IMG/VR virus record: IMGVR_UViG_3300044701_003953
Span: 124,001 to 188,000 of that record
Strand: one strand, 5' to 3'
DNA length: 64,000 bases
Shown here piece by piece: positions 57,448-64,000 of this stretch (position 1 is its first letter; each line of letters opens with the position of its first letter). A program made the translations under genes and the position numbers. The notes beneath the pieces were generated by a model. That model saw nothing but the letters and a program-made list of their open reading frames with translations. It searched no databases and had not been told where the DNA came from.

Positions 57448-58536
57448 ATGACACAATTAACTGGAAAAAATGGACGTAGAAAAGTCCGTTGGATCATAGC
57501 TCACTTCCCACTAGAACTGTTTGTTCGTGCGGCCAAGGCATTTCAGCTCGAAATTGAAAAACTTTGCCCCGGGCAGTTCGACATCGAGATCCATACTATC
57601 GGTTCTTATCTAAGAGCTTACGGTAACGAACTCACTGAAGAACAGAAAAAGAATCTTGGATTCGTGGCCCCACGTATTCCTGGACTCGAAGATCCCAAGA
57701 ACACAGTTGCAACTAAAAACCCAGACAGCCTAGTTTTTGCTAAAGACTTCAACCAACTCAAAGTTTGGTGGAAGACATTGTTTGAGGTGATGAAAGAGCA
57801 GAAGTTTGAGATGAGCCAGACACAGGTCAACATCGTTGGTAGCCATCTGCACACCAACTTCCATGCCATCGATCTTCCTTACCTTTTCAAAGATCACGAT
57901 CACGTAGCTAAAGTACTCGACGGCGAAGTCGGACAAAAGATCAGCGACCAAGTAGCAAAAGACACTGGTGTAAAAGCACTGGGTTACACATACTCGGGCG
58001 GATATCGAATCATCGGTAGTACCGAGGGTATTACAAAACTTGATGATCTTAAAGAAAAGAAATTCATCAGCTTTACTGCACCTAGCAATATGTTGTTCAG
58101 ACTCGCAGACGTACCACGTCTTCCACGTTACCTCACAACAGCAGAAGACCTCGGTGATATCGCTGAGCAAGGTGGTGCCATTGAGACCACATATCTGCGC
58201 TTTGCTGGTAAGAATGTTCTTAAAACAAACCACAGCATGTTCATGACATCGATCCTGACCAGCGAAAACTTCATAAATTCGTTAACAGAAGACCAGCGTG
58301 CCGCTTTTACAGAAGCTGCACATCGTGTTGCCAAAATCGAAAGACTTTGGTCTGTTGAAGATGCCGCCAAGTATGAGCAGGATGCTGAAAGCCGTGGCGT
58401 TACTATCGTTCCAGTTAACGAAGAAGACGACACAAGACTCAGAACAGCAGCCAAGGAAATTTACAAGAAAGAAAATCTTGAGAAGATTGGTATCGACTAC
58501 ACATTAGTAGAAGAAATCATCAAACTCGGTAAGTAA
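57448..58536 (+). CDS. dctP: Second DctP-family substrate-binding protein, no signal peptide
   Basis: AIDLPYLFKDHDHV, LGYTYSGGYRII; GGAG RBS favours the start at 57448; ATAAATA at 57408-57414. Confidence 0.82.
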   Translation: MTQLTGKNGRRKVRWIIAHFPLELFVRAAKAFQLEIEKLCPGQFDIEIHTIGSYLRAYGNELTEEQKKNLGFVAPRIPGLEDPKNTVATKNPDSLVFAKDFNQLKVWWKTLFEVMKEQKFEMSQTQVNIVGSHLHTNFHAIDLPYLFKDHDHVAKVLDGEVGQKISDQVAKDTGVKALGYTYSGGYRIIGSTEGITKLDDLKEKKFISFTAPSNMLFRLADVPRLPRYLTTAEDLGDIAEQGGAIETTYLRFAGKNVLKTNHSMFMTSILTSENFINSLTEDQRAAFTEAAHRVAKIERLWSVEDAAKYEQDAESRGVTIVPVNEEDDTRLRTAAKEIYKKENLEKIGIDYTLVEEIIKLGK

Positions 58537-58551
58537 TATTCTTGCACTAAT

Positions 58552-58577
58552 AAAAAACCGCCTCCGGGCGGTTTTTT
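58552..58577. terminator. Bidirectional intrinsic terminator
   Basis: AAAAAACCGCC-TCCG-GGCGGTTTTTT. Confidence 0.9.
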
Positions 58578-59163
58578 ATTGGCCGACTACTAGCTCGTAT
58601 ATCTCTCGCCAGTCCTTGACTTTAGGAATGTCTTCGTGATAGTAGTGCATATTATGACCGTGCTCGACTAGTATCGGTTTAAGTCCTAACATCCAGCCCA
58701 ATTCGGCATTTGTGACTTTGTCCTCGATCCACCACAGCCCGGTCTTGCGATAAGGTGCCAGTGCTTCGTCTTTGTCAGCACCAGTATCCAAGCACACTAT
58801 CTTTTCGAAAACAGTCTCCCCAAACAGTTTGGCGAGATTCATCTCGCGGAGTCTCTGTGCGTTCCTGTCTAAGCTCAATGACGTGATACAGTGGAATACG
58901 AATCCGTGTTCTTCGTGTAGCCTCTTCACGTAATACATAGCATCACGGAGTGGTGGGAGGAACCCAATAGCGGCACTTTCGTTGAACATCTTGATCAGCT
59001 TCTTGCCTTGTGTTTTCGTGATGCCGTAACGTTCGCCGATGTCATAGTTGAGTTCTCCACCGGGCACCATCTCGAAGCCATGGTCCTCCATCCAAACAGA
59101 AAAGGCATACTCCCAGTTAAGGAGCACGCCGTCGCAGTCAGTTAAAATAATCCTATTCGTCAT
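58576..59163 (-). CDS. HAD-superfamily 5'(3')-nucleotidase-like phosphatase
   Basis: ILTDCDGVL (DxDGV), ITS, WIEDK. Confidence 0.82.
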   Translation of the reverse strand: MTNRIILTDCDGVLLNWEYAFSVWMEDHGFEMVPGGELNYDIGERYGITKTQGKKLIKMFNESAAIGFLPPLRDAMYYVKRLHEEHGFVFHCITSLSLDRNAQRLREMNLAKLFGETVFEKIVCLDTGADKDEALAPYRKTGLWWIEDKVTNAELGWMLGLKPILVEHGHNMHYYHEDIPKVKDWREIYELVVGQ

Positions 59164-59915
59164 AACACCTTTACACGATTGAGTTGGGTTGAGTCGTCAC
59201 GATGTGCTTTCACCGTGCCTTGTATTTTAAGTTTCGCTCCAGCGGCCAGTTGCTCGCGGTAGCTGAAGAAAATCATTTTGCCATCGCCGGTGATAGCATT
59301 GTTGAACCATACGTTCCACTTCTGGCTGTAATTGCTACGAATCACTTCCACATCCAGCGACACCTTGTCACCTTCGGCACCGATGTGCCCACCGGTGCTA
59401 CGCTCACGGGCATCTTCTTCCCGGCGTCCGTGCGTATACGAACGGATCTGGCTGGGCACCAGGCTCAGGGCATAGCGATCAGCACGGGTGTCAAAGTTGT
59501 CAAGATTGATCATATCCATCATGGAGCGATCAAAGTCTGACAGATTGCCTTTGAGGCTCTTGAGCGTGAGATTCTTCTGGTGCCACTCGCGCACGGCACG
59601 ACCTTCGGCCTGGTCTGCTTCTGACACACCGGTGTTCAGGGCATCTAGCATGAGATCTCGGTTGGTACGATTTTTGGTCACATACTGATCGTTCTCGATC
59701 TGTACATTGGGCACCTTGTAATAGTTGCCACCATTAACCCTATCAGCCACTACTGCCGCACCCCAGACTTGATCCGCGGTGTAGAGAACGCTCACGGGCT
59801 TAGCCGATGCTCGACGGCTTCTTTTTTCTGTGGGAGTATCTTCGTCGTCGTCCATCTGCCCGAGACGTTTGATCTCGAGCGAAGTCCAACCAGTCACGTC
59901 AACGAATCCAGACAT
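59160..59915 (-). CDS. Hypothetical protein with C-terminal OB-fold-like domain
   Basis: HIGAEGDKV.LDVEV...LKIQGTVKAH. Confidence 0.55.
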   Translation of the reverse strand: MSGFVDVTGWTSLEIKRLGQMDDDEDTPTEKRSRRASAKPVSVLYTADQVWGAAVVADRVNGGNYYKVPNVQIENDQYVTKNRTNRDLMLDALNTGVSEADQAEGRAVREWHQKNLTLKSLKGNLSDFDRSMMDMINLDNFDTRADRYALSLVPSQIRSYTHGRREEDARERSTGGHIGAEGDKVSLDVEVIRSNYSQKWNVWFNNAITGDGKMIFFSYREQLAAGAKLKIQGTVKAHRDDSTQLNRVKVL

Positions 59916-59928
59916 AGTTGCTCCTTGA

Positions 59929-60285
59929 TTAATCTAAACGGCTACCAGCATAAGCACGGAAACCATATTTCTCGAATACCTTCTGGGCCGCGTATGCGCC
60001 AGCCTCTTTGGTATCGACATTCTGTACTGGCATACCACTCGGGTCCCAGATCGAAAAACATTTTTTATAGTCTGAGCGGTCAACACCAGCGGCTTTCAAC
60101 ATCTTGCCTAATCGGGTGTTGCCTTTGATGCCATAGATATCAACCCAGGCGAAACCACAGGCATATTGATCTTGGCCGTTCAATTTCTCTTGGAAGAATC
60201 GATCAGCGGCTTTACGTGCGGCCACTTTGGCCTCGGCTACTATATCGTTGATTTGCTCTTGTGTATATTCCATAATCTGCTCCAA
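59929..60285 (-). CDS. Hypothetical early protein
   Basis: ACGFAWV motif; own early promoter and GGAG RBS. Confidence 0.75.
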   Translation of the reverse strand: MEQIMEYTQEQINDIVAEAKVAARKAADRFFQEKLNGQDQYACGFAWVDIYGIKGNTRLGKMLKAAGVDRSDYKKCFSIWDPSGMPVQNVDTKEAGAYAAQKVFEKYGFRAYAGSRLD

Positions 60286-60304
60286 TCTTTTACTGTATGC
60301 TTAT

Positions 60305-60333
60305 ATTGTAGCAAAATGGAAATTTCTGGTCAA
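60305..60333 (-). promoter_or_regulatory. Phage early sigma70-type promoter (copy 4)
   Basis: TTGACC-17 bp-TACAAT followed by ATAAGCATACAGT; spacer nearly identical to copy 3. Confidence 0.85.
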
Positions 60334-60338
60334 CCGGG

Positions 60339-61508
60339 CTATTTTTTGGTGAAAATATAGATTCCTTCGTGCTTGAAACCATTGGATTTTTTATTATTAC
60401 CTTGCCCTGGGCGCACATTCAACATCATCTTGATTTCACGTTGATACTGAAATCCACACTTTTCGCTTAATTCACGCCAGCGATCTACTATTTCAAACTT
60501 TTCTTTACCAGTACGATAATCTGCTATGTTTACAGCATATACACCATCATCATCAAGAGCACGATGGATCATATTAAGAGTGGGTTCTACATAGAGTTCA
60601 AACCAAGCGTCAAGATTGCTACAACGATTCATACACTGGGTAGGTTCGTCGCTATAGGTTTCAAGATTAAAATAAGGTGGGCTACTGAAAGCGGCCTGAT
60701 AAAATCCTGGTTCGGGATCAAAATCTTCGCTAGGCATGCAATTCATATCATATCCGTTGCCCTGCCCGCATTCGGTTAGAAGTTCTCCTAACGCTACCAG
60801 ACCTTCATAGGTTTTGGTATTTGGGTCGATACCTGTGTAATGGTATCTCATGCGGCTAGTCATGGCTCCCATCATACGACCGCCATATCCTGAACTGAAG
60901 TCTAATAGATTTCCAAACAATGTAGGACAGATATATTCCCACACCGCCCGAGCATTCATAGGTTTGAAATTCTGTATACTACCGCCTGATACCAAATCAA
61001 AGGCTCGACGCAGATTTTTCGGCACTACCGCCAAATCTCCTTCATCTCTATGTTTGTAACAGAGATTGATAGCACGACGTAGTTTATTGTCATTCATGAA
61101 TCTACCACGCAGACTGACCTCTGTATTGTCTCTGGTATATGCATCTTGAATGTTTTCGAACCAGAACCTGCCCAAGGTTAGTCCTTCATTGTTACCAACC
61201 TGCAGGATGCCATTGTCTATCCTTTTTTGTTGTCGGGCTAGATCAAATATGGCCTCCTGGCAACCTTCGAGATTGAAGTAATATATGGGAAGGATGTTCT
61301 TGTTGCGATAGATATCAAAAACTTCTTGTTCGATATCCTCCTTGCCAGCATCGTCTGCAGCCAGCCATGCTTCTTTGCTCAACTGATGCAATCTCGGCAT
61401 TTCAACTTCGTAGCCGGTACATATCTTATCCGTGGGAGTATAACCCCATCGTTGGCACAGTTGGTTGTAATAATCTAGTATTTTTTGATTAGTTGTAATA
61501 CTTGTCAT
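60339..61508 (-). CDS. Amino (N6-A/N4-C)-type DNA methyltransferase-like protein
   Basis: Motif I LLDFSSGYGG, motif IV FSSPPYF; probable start MTSITT at 61508. Confidence 0.75.
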   Translation of the reverse strand: MTSITTNQKILDYYNQLCQRWGYTPTDKICTGYEVEMPRLHQLSKEAWLAADDAGKEDIEQEVFDIYRNKNILPIYYFNLEGCQEAIFDLARQQKRIDNGILQVGNNEGLTLGRFWFENIQDAYTRDNTEVSLRGRFMNDNKLRRAINLCYKHRDEGDLAVVPKNLRRAFDLVSGGSIQNFKPMNARAVWEYICPTLFGNLLDFSSGYGGRMMGAMTSRMRYHYTGIDPNTKTYEGLVALGELLTECGQGNGYDMNCMPSEDFDPEPGFYQAAFSSPPYFNLETYSDEPTQCMNRCSNLDAWFELYVEPTLNMIHRALDDDGVYAVNIADYRTGKEKFEIVDRWRELSEKCGFQYQREIKMMLNVRPGQGNNKKSNGFKHEGIYIFTKK

Positions 61509-62691
61509 ATATCTCTTTGACTTTGGCAAGATACTTAATGTTAGGTATCTTGCTCCAAAAATCTTTGGTATGGGTTTTGACCAACACAGTTTTGAACAGT
61601 ATATTGTAGCACAGTTCGTTGTTGATTGCATCCGTCAGTTTGTCGAATTCTCTTTTACTCATAGCGACCCAGGGTACTTGAGCACTACAAGCTAGTTCTC
61701 CTTTGGCATCATAATAAAAGTTTGGAATACGACCGGGATTTCCATTTTTTGGTACCATGAGTTTAGGAACACCATACCCCATCCTATCAGTGACATCACG
61801 TTTACTGATCATCATGATTTTGACTTTGTGCTGTTTGTTATAAGTAGTTTTTAGTTTTTTACCACTAATAACATCATCTAACCATTCACGAAATACTAAT
61901 GGAACAGATCCCGCTGCGGGATTGAATTTTGAGTTATCTTCAGGGCCTGATTCAGAACGATAACCTTCAAACCCTGTCTGTAAAACTTCTTGAACAAACT
62001 CGAATCCAGCAGCATCTTCAGTGGGCACTGTTTTTGGATTATCGATTACCAGAGAATTTTTTCCGCAGATGAATTTTACTTTTTTATTCTTTTTAATGGC
62101 AGGTACATGGATCAGGCACATAGGAGTCATTTTGACTCGACGAAGAAACTGATAGGTGTTGATTTCAGTTAATTTGCTTTCGACATATCGATGCGAATTT
62201 GATTTTGTGATTACGATAACATGTTCACTTAAATTTTTATAGTGTTCAATAAATTCATTTGTTGTGTCAAAATCGATGGATCCAAATGTATAAGTGGTTT
62301 TCTTTTCATTTTGGAAACAATCTTGTACCTCGATATTAGGCTCAAAAGACATATCGCCCACCGCATGCTTGATATTGGCTCGGGCGATCCTGGCCTGGAT
62401 AGGTTCTTTATCGCCCAAGAAAATCTGATTCTTGAAAATATGCCATAACCTATCCTGTTCATCGGGGATGGCATCCTGGAGATCGATCATCAATTGTTCG
62501 GCTAAGATCAGGGCATCAAGACCCGTGCCGCATTGACTGTCCTGGTATGTAGTAGCAAGATTCCGTCGATCCTTCACTGGAATCATCGCCACTAGTTTAC
62601 GAGCATCACCTTCGTTGGTGATGCTCTGTGCACCGGACCTGTTGAAGTACGGAATCTTTTCGATCTGCCGAGAAATCTTGTTAGATAGCAT
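61489..62691 (-). CDS. Eco57I/TaqI-like methyltransferase-fold protein with degenerate catalytic motif
   Basis: YQDSQCGTG (DPxCGxG-like) but SIDF where NPPY is expected; specificity-domain-like C-terminus. Confidence 0.45.
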   Translation of the reverse strand: MLSNKISRQIEKIPYFNRSGAQSITNEGDARKLVAMIPVKDRRNLATTYQDSQCGTGLDALILAEQLMIDLQDAIPDEQDRLWHIFKNQIFLGDKEPIQARIARANIKHAVGDMSFEPNIEVQDCFQNEKKTTYTFGSIDFDTTNEFIEHYKNLSEHVIVITKSNSHRYVESKLTEINTYQFLRRVKMTPMCLIHVPAIKKNKKVKFICGKNSLVIDNPKTVPTEDAAGFEFVQEVLQTGFEGYRSESGPEDNSKFNPAAGSVPLVFREWLDDVISGKKLKTTYNKQHKVKIMMISKRDVTDRMGYGVPKLMVPKNGNPGRIPNFYYDAKGELACSAQVPWVAMSKREFDKLTDAINNELCYNILFKTVLVKTHTKDFWSKIPNIKYLAKVKEIYDKYYN

Positions 62692-64000
62692 TGAATTGTC
62701 CTAACGCAAGATCCATACCGATCACATCAATAGCAGGCAAAATCGTCTTCCATTCTCTGGGCATCAATCCTGTGATCGCTACTACCAGTCCGGGATCCTT
62801 GAAGTTCACGACATCATACATGGATCCTATTTTTAATCCATCGCCTTGCGCTATCTGAGATAGCTCATAGACTTGTTTCAATGCGTAGCGTATCCTGAGT
62901 TCGGTGAGATCTTGTTCTTCTTGTGTTGTGGTGCCACCGGGTTTGTTCTTTTTGCCTTTCTTTTGATTGGAGCCCCGTACGAGATCATTTTCATTGAGCT
63001 GTGTGGTAGCTGACACAGAATTTGAGTCTTTGTTCTTATCGGCCATCAATTGTTTGATCTCGTCGGTGATGCAGGCGGATTTCACGAAACTACCGATTCG
63101 TTCTATGTAATTTCCTATGTTACTGAGGAATCTCTGCTTGAGATCAACACCGTCGACAATGTTCCAACCATTGTCAGTGTAGTCATAGATGTCACTGCAT
63201 TCGCCAAACTCAGCGGCCACTTGCTCGGGATCACGACCGGTTGCGTCGGCCTTTCGTTGTATATGCTGATACATCACGCTCACGAAGCGTTCGGGGTTGT
63301 AGTCAAACACGATGACTTCTTGTTTGTCGCCGTCGGACCATGGAGTCTTGCAACGGAACGAACCTTGGAAATAGTCTTCGGCGCTCTTGGCATCATTGAT
63401 CTGATGTACAGCCCACCATTGCTTAATGCTGGTGCCTTCCAGGAAACGTCCACAGGTAAGTGTGATGGTCCCGATGAAGTCGCTCTTACCTGATTCTACA
63501 GCATCGATACGGGTCTGTACGTCACCGATATCACTTACACTTGCTATATTGTCTTTGTTGCCTTTATCTGTGGCCAGAATGATGTCATACTTCTTGAAGT
63601 AAGGGTGTTCCTGTAGCATCCGAGCCACTGCTTTGATAGCCTTTACATTTTTAGGCAGGACCCATAGCGTGTGCTTGGTGACTTTTTCCACAATGTTTTC
63701 AAACTTTGGTGGCAGATTTTTATAACCACGTAGCCGGACATGATTGATGAGTTCGTTTACCGCGTCTCGATATACCAGCTGATCGCCTTGGGTAGAAAAG
63801 ATACCACGGGCGCCGAGATTGAAGTTCTCGTCATTGACCAGAGATCGGATCTTTGCAGGTACAGAGATCAAGGCCCAATTGATACGAGACTTGTAACGGA
63901 ACTGTCGAGTCTGTTCGTCATCAAGGTCATTGACAGCCAGTAACTCATCACGGATTTTCTGCTCGTCGATGTAATCAAAACTGTAGATGGATTCTTCTGG
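62681..64000 (-). CDS. SF2 helicase / restriction-subunit-like protein (C-terminal part; runs off the right edge)
   Basis: Frame open to the window edge; TLTCGRFLEGTSI and YFQGSFRCKTPW resemble SF2 motifs V/VI. Confidence 0.65.
   Translation of the reverse strand, partial: PEESIYSFDYIDEQKIRDELLAVNDLDDEQTRQFRYKSRINWALISVPAKIRSLVNDENFNLGARGIFSTQGDQLVYRDAVNELINHVRLRGYKNLPPKFENIVEKVTKHTLWVLPKNVKAIKAVARMLQEHPYFKKYDIILATDKGNKDNIASVSDIGDVQTRIDAVESGKSDFIGTITLTCGRFLEGTSIKQWWAVHQINDAKSAEDYFQGSFRCKTPWSDGDKQEVIVFDYNPERFVSVMYQHIQRKADATGRDPEQVAAEFGECSDIYDYTDNGWNIVDGVDLKQRFLSNIGNYIERIGSFVKSACITDEIKQLMADKNKDSNSVSATTQLNENDLVRGSNQKKGKKNKPGGTTTQEEQDLTELRIRYALKQVYELSQIAQGDGLKIGSMYDVVNFKDPGLVVAITGLMPREWKTILPAIDVIGMDLALGQFNAI

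Noticed and set aside
1-64000. Stop-codon reassignment, tRNA genes, CRISPR array, integrase or IS
   Set aside because: Known genes are full length in the standard code; no cloverleaf, regular repeat-spacer array or recombinase motif was recognised by eye (tRNAscan/CRT would be decisive)

Overview
This window is a segment of a large dsDNA tailed phage of T4-like/jumbo type. Evidence: family-B DNA polymerase, gp45-like clamp, T4-type RNase H, ThyA/DHFR, a GH19 endolysin-spanin-holin lysis cassette, sigma70-type early promoters and many TAAATA late-promoter motifs. Genes are densely packed, read in the standard code, and almost all lie on the minus strand. Phasin, aceA and the TRAP/TTT genes suggest a PHA-storing proteobacterial host (inference). 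Main accessory content: (i) a 7-deazaguanine pathway (queE, queD, folE, a TGT/DpdA-like transglycosylase, a second T-fold protein with an LxxxHRHxF motif, no queC in the window) interleaved with sugar-modifying genes, and a preQ1-I-like pseudoknot in the queD leader; (ii) carbon-metabolism genes (isocitrate lyase, phasin with a PhaR-like box, TctA plus two TctC-like proteins, two DctP proteins lacking signal peptides); (iii) a tandemly duplicated, AT-rich two-gene module built on a glutaminase-less asparagine-synthetase-like ATP pyrophosphatase; (iv) a 50-aa Cys-rich metallothionein-like gene missed by the ORF track, near dps; (v) candidate head-packaged internal proteins; (vi) a helicase / degenerate MTase / MTase trio at the right edge. 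All family calls come from motif recognition by eye; no searches were run. I saw no tRNA, rRNA or CRISPR array.
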